The translations under genes were made by a program, and so were the position numbers. 64,000 nt of DNA from IMG/VR virus record IMGVR_UViG_3300036768_001066; one strand, given 5' to 3'. Under the pieces are notes generated by a model. It saw only the letters and a list, made by a program, of their open reading frames with translations. It was not told where the DNA came from and did no database searches. The stretch comes from a virus. Its lineage: Duplodnaviria; Heunggongvirae; Uroviricota; Caudoviricetes. Shown one piece after another: positions 33,585-43,099 of this stretch; the first letter of the stretch is position 1, and the number at the start of each line of letters is the position of its first letter.

Positions 33585-35503
33585 TAAATGATATTGAGAG
33601 CCAGAGATGCGACAAGCCAGATCCGCCGTATTTTGCCGGACGCATTGCAATAGTCATGCCGTTCAAGAATACCAAAGACGCGGATGGCAACAGCCTAATT
33701 CTCAGGTCCGCCGCCGTGGCATTGAACCCCACCGAGATGCGCGGTCCGAACGAGATTATACTTCTCGCCATCGACGACGGAGCCACCGACGGGAGCCGGG
33801 AACTTCTCGAGAGTATCGTGCAAGAGCACACTCGGAGGCTCGTAATCCTTAATGGCAGCGGCCGCGGACCGGCCGCTGCACGAAATGTTGCACTCGAGTA
33901 CATAAGGAGTTTGGACAACACGCCGGAAGCTTTCACTCACGTGGCATTTTGTGATAGCGACGACATGTGGTTCCCATGGCACCTGGCCCGTAGCTTGCAG
34001 GCCATTGATGACGGGTATGATATGGTGTATTCGAACGTCGAGTGCGAGAACGAGAAGGGCGAGCCTTTGCAGATATTCGGCATACCGAATCCGGAGGAGT
34101 TCGATTATGAGTTGCTCAAGCAGGGCAATTATATCTTCATATCAACCGTGGTCATGAAGAGGGAGTGTATAGACGTCGGTCAGTTCTCCGAGGATGCCGT
34201 CCCGATGGAGGACTGGGAGTACTGGTTGCGCGTTGCCGCGAAGTATCGGGTCAAACACGTACACGCAAAGAAGCCGAGCATAATCTACACATGGAAGAGC
34301 ACGGGCTCGTACTATACGGCAGAGGACTCGCATGCCGCTAAATTAAGAATACAACGGAAGATGAATTTACAAGATCCAATGAATGTCGAGGGATGGCTCT
34401 CCAGGGCGGAGGGCGAGTTCCTCGCAAAAAACGCCGAGGGCCGCAGATGTATAGAGATAGGCTCGTACAAGGGCAAGAGCGCTTGTTTTATGGCGCCGAA
34501 GGCGACGAGCATCGTGTGCATAGACACGTTCAAGGCGGACAACGGCGGACAGACTCAGATGCAGTCGCTCACCACCTACGTTGATTTCGCAAGGAACACC
34601 GCGCATCTCAACAACGTCACACCGCTCATTGGTATGTCGCAGAACGTGCACCAGTTGCTGAAGAACGACGAGTTCGACTTCATATTCATAGATAGCATGC
34701 ACGATTACGAGTCGGTCATGAACGATGTAAAGAACTACCTGCCCAAGCTGAAGGACGGCGCCGTGATAATGTTTCACGACTACTTCGAGCGCGACTGGCC
34801 GGGTGTTGTCAGGTGCGTCAACGAGTTATTTGGCGGCCCTGACGAACTCGTCGATACAATAGCGAAGGTGACAGTTACCGCAGAGAGGAGGTTCGACCTC
34901 GCTATCAAGTTCGCTGGGATGACATCCAGCGTTGATACTATCCCGAGCAATGAACCAAAGTTAGAGTTGACTCCTGATGTATCGGATTTCGAGAAGGGCT
35001 CACTCGATGGTAAAGTCATAGTGATAGCCCCATGGGCTGCTAAGTTGCCGGGGATGGAAAACGCCAAGAATTACCAGGACTGGCCGGAGGTGGTTGGCAT
35101 GCTTCGCGCACTCGGCGCTTACACCATACAGGTAGGTGTTGCTGGCGAGAAGTTGGTCGGATGCGACGAAGTCATACTGAACGCGGCGCCCGATAAACTC
35201 CTAAAGATCCTCAACGCATGCGATACGTTCGTGTCGGTGGACTCGTTCTTCCCTCATTTTGCAGCGTACCACAACAAAAAAGGTGTGGTTATTTTTTCGA
35301 AGTCGGACCCAAAAATTTTTGGACATTCCATCCACCTAAACCTCTTAAAATCAAGAGAATATTTGCGCCCGGACCAGTTCAGATGGTGGCGCGATGTTGC
35401 CTTAGATAAATCAGCCTTTGTGACTCCAAATGAGGTAGTTGCGGGTGTTTTGGAAATCTTAAAAGATGCGGAAATATATACAGAGCTGCCCGAAAGAAAG
35501 TGA
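33581..35503 (+). CDS. tri-domain enzyme: GT2 glycosyltransferase, class-I SAM methyltransferase (TylF/MycF-like), GT9-like C-terminal domain
   Basis: N-terminus IAIVMPFKN...LAIDDGATDGS...DSDDMW (GT2). Middle CIEIGSYKGKSA...FDFIFIDSMHDYESV...MFHDY (Methyltransf_24-like). C-terminus VIVIAPWAAK...FVSVDSFFPHFAAY (heptosyltransferase-like). ATGA overlap with the upstream gene. Confidence 0.7.
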   Translation: MINDIESQRCDKPDPPYFAGRIAIVMPFKNTKDADGNSLILRSAAVALNPTEMRGPNEIILLAIDDGATDGSRELLESIVQEHTRRLVILNGSGRGPAAARNVALEYIRSLDNTPEAFTHVAFCDSDDMWFPWHLARSLQAIDDGYDMVYSNVECENEKGEPLQIFGIPNPEEFDYELLKQGNYIFISTVVMKRECIDVGQFSEDAVPMEDWEYWLRVAAKYRVKHVHAKKPSIIYTWKSTGSYYTAEDSHAAKLRIQRKMNLQDPMNVEGWLSRAEGEFLAKNAEGRRCIEIGSYKGKSACFMAPKATSIVCIDTFKADNGGQTQMQSLTTYVDFARNTAHLNNVTPLIGMSQNVHQLLKNDEFDFIFIDSMHDYESVMNDVKNYLPKLKDGAVIMFHDYFERDWPGVVRCVNELFGGPDELVDTIAKVTVTAERRFDLAIKFAGMTSSVDTIPSNEPKLELTPDVSDFEKGSLDGKVIVIAPWAAKLPGMENAKNYQDWPEVVGMLRALGAYTIQVGVAGEKLVGCDEVILNAAPDKLLKILNACDTFVSVDSFFPHFAAYHNKKGVVIFSKSDPKIFGHSIHLNLLKSREYLRPDQFRWWRDVALDKSAFVTPNEVVAGVLEILKDAEIYTELPERK

Positions 35504-35557
35504 GACTTTTTCGGGGATTGTTCTATAAAAAAAAACAAACAATTTTTCAGAAGAGAG

Positions 35558-38101
35558 ATGGAAGTAATCGAAACTAAAACAGAGAAAAAATCCTACAGCT
35601 ACGCTGAGGTGCTCGAGAAGGCAAAAAGCTACTTCGGTGGCGACGAGTTGGCGGCGAGTGTTTGGATTAACAAGTACGCATTGAAGGATTCCGATGGCAA
35701 CATCTACGAGCTGACCCCGGAGGACATGCACCGTAGGATTGCGTCGGAGATCGCCAGGGTCGAGGCCAAGTTCCCGAACCCTGTGAGTGAGGAAGAGTTC
35801 TTTTCTCTACTCGATAGGTTCAGGTACATAATACCTCAAGGCAGCCCGATGGCAGGTATCGGCAACAACCTGCAGAAGATTTCTTTGTCCAACTGTTTCG
35901 TGGTTGGTAACCCAGACGGAATGGGTGATTCTTACGGTGGCATCATGAGGATAGACGAGCGCATTGCACAGCTACAGAAGAGGCGTTGTGGCGTGGGCAC
36001 GGACTTGTCCGACATTAGGCCAGCGGGCACTGCCGTCAATAATGCAGCAATCACGTCCACTGGTATAGTTCCATTCATGCAGCGCTATTCGAACACAACC
36101 CGAGAGGTCGCGCAGGATGGGCGTCGTGGGGCACTTATGTTGTCCGTTTCTATCCGGCACCCGGAGTCCGAGGCTTTCATCGATGCTAAGATGGATAGCA
36201 CGAAGGTCACCGGAGCTAACGTTTCTGTGAAGATCCACGATGATTTCATGGATGCCGTACTTGCGGGCCGGATGTACAAGCAGCAGTGGCCGATATACGG
36301 CGATGGGCGCATTCACAAGGAGATCGACGCCGCTGCATTATGGAAGAAGATCATTCATAATGCGTGGAAGTCTGCGGAGCCGGGCGTTTTGTTCTGGGAT
36401 AAGATCATTAAGGAATCTCCGGCCGATTGCTATTCTGCATTCGGGTTCAGGACCGTATCTACTAACCCGTGTGGTGAGTTGCCATTATGTTCTGGCGATT
36501 CTTGCCGATTACTTGCTTTGAATCTTTATGCGTATGTTCGTAATCCGTTCACTCCGGATGCTTACTTCGATTTTGAGTTGTTCGACAAGCACGTTCGCAT
36601 AGCGCAGAGGATGATGGACAATATTGTCGAGCTTGAGCTCGAGAAGATTGATGATATTATAACCAAAATCAAATCTGATCCAGAGAGCGCAGAGATTAAG
36701 TTCAACGAGCTTTCTATGTGGGAGGAGATTCGTCAGAAGTGCGCTAATGGTCGCAGGACTGGAACTGGTGTTACGGCCGAGGGTGATATGCTTGCAGCGC
36801 TTGGACTTCGTTATGGTACAAAGGAGGCAACTGCATTTGCCGAGTCTGTGCACAAGGCACTCGCCATATCCGCATACAAGAGTTCGGCAATTATGGCGAA
36901 GGAACGCGGCGCGTTTCCTATTTATGATGAGAAGCTCGAGGTCAACAATCCGTTCTTGAACAGGCTCAAGGAAGCAGACCCGGAGTTGCGCGAATTGCTC
37001 GCCAAGTACGGTCGTAGAAATATCGCTCTGTTGACCATAGCTCCTACCGGCACTGTGTCTTTGATGACGCAGACAACGTCAGGTGTAGAGTGCGCGTTCA
37101 TGGCTGCGTACATGCGTCGTAAGAAGATCAACCCTAACGACAAGAGCGCGAGGGTCGATTTCGTTGATGAGGTCGGAGATAGCTGGGAGGAGTATAACGT
37201 GTTCCACCACCACTTCAAAACCTGGATGATTGTCAACGGATACGATCCAGATGCGGTTGCTCACATGTCTACCGAGGAGCTCAATAAAGTAATTGAGAAG
37301 TCACCTTACTACAAGGCCATGGCTAATGATGTTGACTGGGTGGAGAAGGTTAACATGCAGGGTGCGATACAGAAATGGATTGACCACTCAATATCGGTTA
37401 CGGTTAACCTGCCCAATCACGTGACGGAGGAACTCGTAAACGAGGTTTACGTCGCGGCTTGGAAGGCCGGCTGCAAGGGTTGCACCATATACAGGGACGG
37501 GTCACGTTCCGGAGTTCTTGTGGAGAAGAAGGAGAAGGAGGAGGACAAGCCTAAGGCCAAGGACAATAATGCGCCTCGCCGTCCGAAGACTCTCGAGTGC
37601 GACATTCACAGGTTCATGAACAAGGGCGAACAGTGGATAGGTTTTGTTGGGCTGTTTGATGGCAGACCTTATGAAGTGTTCACAGGTAAGGCCGAGCACA
37701 TAAAGGTGCCCGGAAAGATCGATACTGGCCGTATACGCAAAACCAAAACCGACAGTGGATCAAAGTACGACTTCATCTACGTGGACAAGGGTGAGGAAGT
37801 TGTGGTTGAGTGGTTGAACAAGTCTTTCGACCCGCATTACTGGAATTACGCCAAGATGCTGTCAGGAATTCTGAGGCATGGAATGCCCCTGCCTTATGTG
37901 GTAGATCTTATCACTTCATTGAATCTCGATGACGAGGTGATAACCACGTGGAAGGGTGGCATCCAGAGGATGATCAAGAAGTACATCCCGGACGGCACTC
38001 GGGCGACCGATAAGAAGTGCAAGGACTGCGGGTCCGAGTCTGTAATATTCCAGGAGGGGTGTTTGACCTGTACTTCGTGTGGAAGTTCGAAATGTTCGTA
38101 A
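35558..38101 (+). CDS. nrdJ: ribonucleotide reductase, class II (adenosylcobalamin-dependent, NrdJ-type) with C-terminal zinc ribbon
   Basis: Active-site NPCGE(L). IAPTGTVSLM block. 847 aa. C-terminus CKDCGSESVIFQEGCLTCTSCGSSKC (Cys4 ribbon). Confidence 0.85.
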   Translation: MEVIETKTEKKSYSYAEVLEKAKSYFGGDELAASVWINKYALKDSDGNIYELTPEDMHRRIASEIARVEAKFPNPVSEEEFFSLLDRFRYIIPQGSPMAGIGNNLQKISLSNCFVVGNPDGMGDSYGGIMRIDERIAQLQKRRCGVGTDLSDIRPAGTAVNNAAITSTGIVPFMQRYSNTTREVAQDGRRGALMLSVSIRHPESEAFIDAKMDSTKVTGANVSVKIHDDFMDAVLAGRMYKQQWPIYGDGRIHKEIDAAALWKKIIHNAWKSAEPGVLFWDKIIKESPADCYSAFGFRTVSTNPCGELPLCSGDSCRLLALNLYAYVRNPFTPDAYFDFELFDKHVRIAQRMMDNIVELELEKIDDIITKIKSDPESAEIKFNELSMWEEIRQKCANGRRTGTGVTAEGDMLAALGLRYGTKEATAFAESVHKALAISAYKSSAIMAKERGAFPIYDEKLEVNNPFLNRLKEADPELRELLAKYGRRNIALLTIAPTGTVSLMTQTTSGVECAFMAAYMRRKKINPNDKSARVDFVDEVGDSWEEYNVFHHHFKTWMIVNGYDPDAVAHMSTEELNKVIEKSPYYKAMANDVDWVEKVNMQGAIQKWIDHSISVTVNLPNHVTEELVNEVYVAAWKAGCKGCTIYRDGSRSGVLVEKKEKEEDKPKAKDNNAPRRPKTLECDIHRFMNKGEQWIGFVGLFDGRPYEVFTGKAEHIKVPGKIDTGRIRKTKTDSGSKYDFIYVDKGEEVVVEWLNKSFDPHYWNYAKMLSGILRHGMPLPYVVDLITSLNLDDEVITTWKGGIQRMIKKYIPDGTRATDKKCKDCGSESVIFQEGCLTCTSCGSSKCS

Positions 38102-38228
38102 AAATTATTCCATAATTTGTATGACCCTTACGGTGGCGGTGCTTAACGAAAAACGTGCCGCCGTCGATGAAACATCTAAGTTCTGCCTGCATATAATGAT
38201 CCAATAGTAACTTAAACCAAACGTTTCC

Positions 38229-38471
38229 ATGGAAAACAACGTTCAACAACCGGCGGCAAACAACCAGGTTCCTGAGAATCTGACGCCACAGCAAGCACTT
38301 GGTCTTCTTATCCAAGGCGTTCACTTCGCACAGTCTAAAGGAGTATACACCCTCAAGGATGCAGCTCTCCTCGACAAAGCGGTATCAGTGTTCGCTGTAG
38401 AGCAGAAGCCTGAGGCCACAGCAACTCCTGCGACAGCAGAAACAGCTCCTGTGGCAGAAGCTAAGGCTTAA
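38229..38471 (+). CDS. small conserved hypothetical protein (80 aa), Ala/Thr/Pro-rich C-terminus
   Basis: ORF with its own TATAAT box (38192-38197) and a strong downstream terminator. Confidence 0.45.
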   Translation: MENNVQQPAANNQVPENLTPQQALGLLIQGVHFAQSKGVYTLKDAALLDKAVSVFAVEQKPEATATPATAETAPVAEAKA

Positions 38472-38490
38472 GCGCCGGCTTTCAAGAAAC

Positions 38491-38524
38491 AAGCCCGATC
38501 TTAGCAGGTCGGGCTTTTCTCTTT
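38491..38524 (+). terminator. rho-independent terminator (plus strand)
   Basis: 8-bp stem AAGCCCGA / TCGGGCTT with a 10-nt loop. Followed by TTCTCTTTG. Confidence 0.65.
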
Positions 38525-38551
38525 GATATATAAGAAAACAAGAGTTCGTTA

Positions 38552-39688
38552 ATGAAAAAGTTGATGAAGTTTGGGGAGTATGCAACCCCGAAAGACTTGC
38601 GGAAAATATACCTGATTCCGCACTCGGATCGGTTCTCTTTCAGTCACATCGACCACCTTGTCCGACGTGTGGCGGAGAATCTGTTCGATCTCGTGATGGC
38701 GCCAGGTATTTTTAAAGACTCCATAAACTCCGAGCTGCCGGTTTACAACTATGGTAATCATGATGAGATATACGACCTGATAGAGAGCGGCGTTTTCAAA
38801 AAGAAGAACATATACAACCACCCCGATAACCTTAAGTACGCCAACGACAAGATAGAGTTCCACAAGGCGATGGATGGTCTTGACTTCGTGCCGAATACCG
38901 TGTTCAAGCAAGAGGACGTATCGAAGCTTAAGTTCCCCATAATAGCCAAACCCAAGGATGGTAGCAAAGGAGAGGGCATCACCGTATTTAAAACCAAGGA
39001 AGAACTTGACAGTTTTAAACCGGAGGACGAAGAATTCAAACTTGATTTGTTCAGCGAGAAGTTCGATCTGAAGAGGGAATTCAGGGTGATAACCGTAAAT
39101 GGCAAGAGGGTGTACATCGCCGAAAGGATCCCGATAAATGAGAAGGCCAAGAGTCTGAGGGAGAGTGCCAACATATTCCCGAGCAAGGACCTATTTGGTA
39201 AGAAGGGAACACTTGACGGTCGTAGCAGCTATAAGTGGGTCGAGATAAAGAACTCGGACCTCGACGATAAGGTGTGGAAGCAGATGGAGTCCATCATGCC
39301 GACTGTCTGTGAGAAACTGAAGCTGCAGGTTATGGGTCTCGACTTCGGTCTCGACTCGAAAGGCAAGGTGTGGATTATAGAAGCCAACACGTGCCCGGGT
39401 CTAAACAAGGACCAGATAGTCAGGATATACTTGGAGATATTTGAAGACTTCTATGGCCGCAAACCAGACGAGGTCACTATGAAGAAGATAAAGCAGATGC
39501 GCGACGAGCTTGTACGCGCGAGCAAGTCCAAGGTAAAGTTTTCGCACTCCGCATCGATGGGAAGAAGGATGGATTGGACCTATAAGGAGGACGGTCGCAA
39601 GACATCTAACGTTAAATTCGATGTTGAGAAGAGCTTTGGCCAGACGCTGAATAGTATTAAGGACCGCGCTAAAAAGAAGAAGATATGA
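38552..39688 (+). CDS. ATP-grasp domain enzyme (RimK-like ligase)
   Basis: PIIAKPKDGSKGEGI (ATP-binding loop), KREFRV, MGLDFGLD and WIIEANTCPGL (ATP-grasp C-terminal signature). Confidence 0.7.
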   Translation: MKKLMKFGEYATPKDLRKIYLIPHSDRFSFSHIDHLVRRVAENLFDLVMAPGIFKDSINSELPVYNYGNHDEIYDLIESGVFKKKNIYNHPDNLKYANDKIEFHKAMDGLDFVPNTVFKQEDVSKLKFPIIAKPKDGSKGEGITVFKTKEELDSFKPEDEEFKLDLFSEKFDLKREFRVITVNGKRVYIAERIPINEKAKSLRESANIFPSKDLFGKKGTLDGRSSYKWVEIKNSDLDDKVWKQMESIMPTVCEKLKLQVMGLDFGLDSKGKVWIIEANTCPGLNKDQIVRIYLEIFEDFYGRKPDEVTMKKIKQMRDELVRASKSKVKFSHSASMGRRMDWTYKEDGRKTSNVKFDVEKSFGQTLNSIKDRAKKKKI

Positions 39689-40371
39689 ACATTTCGGTTT
39701 TAATTCCGACCCGCGGCGACCGACCGCAATTTCTATCCAATGCACACAGGTTGCTCGAAGCTCAGACGCTGAAGCCGACCCACGTTGAAGTCGTTGACGA
39801 TCCGCCTAAGGACGCGGCCAAGAAGGATATTACCTGGAGATACCGCATTGGGTGTGAACGCATCCTCGCGGCCAACCCGAATACCGAGGCCATCGTGCTC
39901 ATAGAGGACGACGACTGGTATGCGCACAATTACATTGAGACCATGTACAACAACTGGATTAACGCAGGTCGCCCGCTCGTGTACGGCATAGGTGAGACAA
40001 TCTACTACCATCTCGGTATGCGCGCCTGGTTGAAGTACACGCATTTACCAAGGGCCTCGGCCATGAGCACGCTCATGTCTGCAGCTGGCGCCTCCAAGAT
40101 GCGGTGGCCTGATGATAACTACGTGTTCACCGACATAGAGATATGGAAGAAGTTGACTGGCAAGACATTCATTCCGGACAAGCCAATATCCATAGGTATT
40201 AAGGGATATAAAGAAGGTGCTTTATTTGGAGGTATAGGTCATAGATGGGACCTATGTCAGTATAAAATAAATGATGAAGAACTGAATTGGCTTAAAGATA
40301 AAGTAGATAGTACAAGTTTCGAGTTTTATAAAAAAATGTCCGATCTCGCCAGAAATACCGGTACCAAGTAG
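39685..40371 (+). CDS. GT2-like glycosyltransferase
   Basis: ISVLIPTRGDRPQFL ... VLIEDDDWY (DxD). ATGA overlap with the ATP-grasp gene. Confidence 0.55.
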   Translation: MNISVLIPTRGDRPQFLSNAHRLLEAQTLKPTHVEVVDDPPKDAAKKDITWRYRIGCERILAANPNTEAIVLIEDDDWYAHNYIETMYNNWINAGRPLVYGIGETIYYHLGMRAWLKYTHLPRASAMSTLMSAAGASKMRWPDDNYVFTDIEIWKKLTGKTFIPDKPISIGIKGYKEGALFGGIGHRWDLCQYKINDEELNWLKDKVDSTSFEFYKKMSDLARNTGTK

Positions 40372-40380
40372 ATATAAGAT

Positions 40381-41219
40381 ATGGAAATATATACGGGAGC
40401 AGCTGTTTATATAATTAAAAATTTAACTACCTCTAAATTTTATGTAGGTTCTGCTATAAACTATTATCAACGATTCTACCATAAAAGTTCTGGACATCTT
40501 GCTAAGTTAAATAAGGGATTACACCATAATATCTACCTACAACGTGCTTGGAACAAATACGGACAAATCGACTTCGTATTTGATATTATAGAAAAAATAG
40601 AAGATGTACATAAGTTGCTTGAACGCGAACAATTTTTTATAGATATACTGAGAGCATGTGAATATGGATATAATATAAACCCCACAGCCGGCAGCAGGTA
40701 TGGTACGATATTATCTGATGAGATAAAGAATAAAATTAGTAAATCGAGAACTGGTAAATGCGTTGGTACTGATAACGGATTTTTTGGTAAACAACATTCT
40801 GTAGAAACTAAGAAGATAATTAGTGATGCTAATAAAGGTCGGTTTATTGGTAGTGCTAATCCATTTTTGGTAAACAACATTCTGTAGAAACTAAGAAGAT
40901 AATTAGTGATGCTAATAAAGGTTGGGTTATGTCAGATGAAACAAAAACTAAAATATCAGAATCGATGTCGGGTACCAACAATCCAATGTTCGGTATTAAA
41001 AAATTTGGTAAAGCCAATCCATTTTATGGAAAAACTCATAATAAAGATACCAGAGATAAGATACGAAAAACTAAGAAAAATTTAATGCCGATTGACATGC
41101 GTACCGAAGATGACCAAATAATTCACTTCGATAGTTTAAATCTTGCTGTTAAGCACAGTGGTTTACATAAAAATACTATAAAAAATTGTGTGTTTCCGGT
41201 AAATCTAAAAATGGTATGA
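40381..41219 (+). pseudogene. GIY-YIG homing endonuclease with NUMOD3-like repeats, reading frame broken by an 83-bp insertion carrying a 59-bp direct repeat
   Basis: N-terminus VYIIKNLTTSKFYVGSAINYYQRFYHKSSGH (GIY-YIG). ORF1 stops at 40887. ORF2 (frame 0) is open from 40860 and re-encodes FGKQHSVETKKIISDANKG from the second repeat copy. Deleting 83 bp (40781-40863) restores one ~250-aa ORF with NUMOD3-type motifs (GKQHSVETKKIIS, GKTHNKDTRDKIRKT). Confidence 0.55.
40781..40922. repeat. 59-bp perfect direct repeat (40781-40839 and 40864-40922) separated by 24 bp
   Basis: TTTTTGGTAAACAACATTCTGTAGAAACTAAGAAGATAATTAGTGATGCTAATAAAGGT occurs twice. Period is 83 bp, not a multiple of 3. Confidence 0.8.
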
Positions 41220-41229
41220 CTTTTAAATT

Positions 41230-42012
41230 ATGCGTTTAGGAGTGGCATACAACGTTTTTGACGGTATCGAACTACTCGAATCGTCGATCGACAGTGTTCG
41301 TCCGGTTGCCGATTATATCTGTGTAATATACCAGACAACCTCGAACCTCGGCAATTTCATAAACGCGGATGTAGAGGCGGAAGTGCGCAGACTGAGGATG
41401 TCTGGCAAGATAGATGAGATGGCTCGGTACGTTCCTAAGGTTAATGGGGGTCACGTTAACGAACTGGCCAAGCGCAACTGGGGGCTCGACCTCGCCAAGT
41501 CAGTCGGGTGCACACACTTCATGACGATGGACGTGGACGAGCTGTACGATAAGGACGAGCTCATGTTCGCCAGGCAGATGGTCGAGGCAGGCGGGTTCCA
41601 ATCGAGCGCGTGCAAGATGCTCACGTACTACCGGTCCGGAGAGTTCATAGTGGATCCGCCCGAAGAATATTACGTCCCGCTGATATATAAAATAGACGGT
41701 CGTGTATTCTCGATGAGTTCGCGGTGGCCGGTTGCTGCAGATCCTACAAGAAGGATGCTGCCAGGCAACATCAAGCTGTTTGAGCGAAATGAGATACAGA
41801 TGCACCACTTCTCGTATGTTCGCAAGGATATACGTGCAAAGCTGATAAACTCGTCCGCTTCTGTTAATTTCAAGGACAGGATTGAGGAGATAGCCCAGCA
41901 CTACGAGAACTGGCAGTACGGGCAGAAGTGCCTGTTCGCCGGCAAGGAGAGAAGGATGTACGACGTCAAGAGAGTGGACAATAAATTCAACATACAGGAC
42001 CAATGCGCATAA
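41230..42012 (+). CDS. putative glycosyltransferase (GT-A fold, DxD)
   Basis: FMTMDVDELYD DxD-like motif. 260 aa. Sits in the glycan island. Fold assignment not certain. Confidence 0.45.
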   Translation: MRLGVAYNVFDGIELLESSIDSVRPVADYICVIYQTTSNLGNFINADVEAEVRRLRMSGKIDEMARYVPKVNGGHVNELAKRNWGLDLAKSVGCTHFMTMDVDELYDKDELMFARQMVEAGGFQSSACKMLTYYRSGEFIVDPPEEYYVPLIYKIDGRVFSMSSRWPVAADPTRRMLPGNIKLFERNEIQMHHFSYVRKDIRAKLINSSASVNFKDRIEEIAQHYENWQYGQKCLFAGKERRMYDVKRVDNKFNIQDQCA

Positions 42013-42458
42013 AAGACCTAAGAGATTTACTCGCACAGCTTCCGGCCGAACTCGACGAGAAGACCGTAGTTATACGGGAATTTGGACATCTTGACGAAGG
42101 CAAGTATTTCAAGCTTGACAAACCGATAGGCCTCGCGCACTACGACGAGGAGACCGGTGAACTCGCTGTCACAGAATCCGAAATGTTCGAGAAATTCAAG
42201 AACGAGGGATGGTTCCCAGTTAAAGAGGGATACGTGAATAAGTACGACGAAGTTAAACACGAAGTTAGCGAAGACGGAGAAGGCGGAGGTCCTGGACCAG
42301 ATTCCGGATTCGGTACTGTTGATTCAGTAAATGGAATGGGTGCTCCGGTTCTTGCATCTCGAGGCGTGACTGGTTCTGGTGACGTTCCAAGTGTTGCACC
42401 GACAAAGAAGAAGAAGAAGCGCAAGATATTGTCGTTCGACAAGTTCTTTACTCGATAA
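42003..42458 (+). CDS. hypothetical protein (151 aa) with Gly-rich linker and poly-Lys C-terminus
   Basis: ORF ending in convergent overlap with the minus-strand block. EDGEGGGPGPDSGFG linker. KKKKKRK near the C-terminus. Confidence 0.4.
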   Translation: MRIKDLRDLLAQLPAELDEKTVVIREFGHLDEGKYFKLDKPIGLAHYDEETGELAVTESEMFEKFKNEGWFPVKEGYVNKYDEVKHEVSEDGEGGGPGPDSGFGTVDSVNGMGAPVLASRGVTGSGDVPSVAPTKKKKKRKILSFDKFFTR

Positions 42459-43098
42459 TCTCTGGCACGATTTCTATGGGTTCGTCGACGCCTTTCAACC
42501 GCCATACGCCGTCGCCCTCCCACCAGTCGTTGACCGTATGGTATGCTATGAAGTCGTAGTTTTCAGATAGCAGTTCCATGAAATCTTTCATTTTGTTGCC
42601 GCCAAGCCCATCGTAAATGTTTGGCTTGTCATCCTTTTCAACCTCGCATTGTATATTCACAATGCGTTTTTCTTTTATCCAAGACTCCATGGTCTTTAGT
42701 ACGGTCAAGTCCATACCCTGTAGATCGGTGACGAGAAGGTCTATCTTCTCTATTCCACGACGCTTTAGGTACTCTGACAAGTTTATGCAAGGAACTTTCA
42801 ACTTCTTTATACCCGTATTGTATAACACCGAGTTGGGATCTTTCATGTGGTGAAACTCTGGGTTGAACGTGCCCATGGATGATGATGCGTCCCACTTCTT
42901 CATTATGTTGAACTCGATATGTCCGGTATCTTTGTCGCACAGGGCGCCGAATACCTTCTTCACCTTTGGTGGGAGTATCTTGGCTGCGCGCGCAATCTTT
43001 CGGGGATTAGCATCGAATCCAATGATGACGTCAAACTTATCTATGAGCTGCATGATGGTATTGCAATTATGAATACCACAGTAAACGAGTGTCTTCAT
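42448..43098 (-). CDS. FkbM-family methyltransferase-like protein
   Basis: VIIGFDANPRK near the N-terminus (FkbM GxDxGAN-type motif). 216 aa. Confidence 0.55.
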   Translation of the reverse strand: MKTLVYCGIHNCNTIMQLIDKFDVIIGFDANPRKIARAAKILPPKVKKVFGALCDKDTGHIEFNIMKKWDASSSMGTFNPEFHHMKDPNSVLYNTGIKKLKVPCINLSEYLKRRGIEKIDLLVTDLQGMDLTVLKTMESWIKEKRIVNIQCEVEKDDKPNIYDGLGGNKMKDFMELLSENYDFIAYHTVNDWWEGDGVWRLKGVDEPIEIVPEIIE

Positions 43099-43099
43099 A

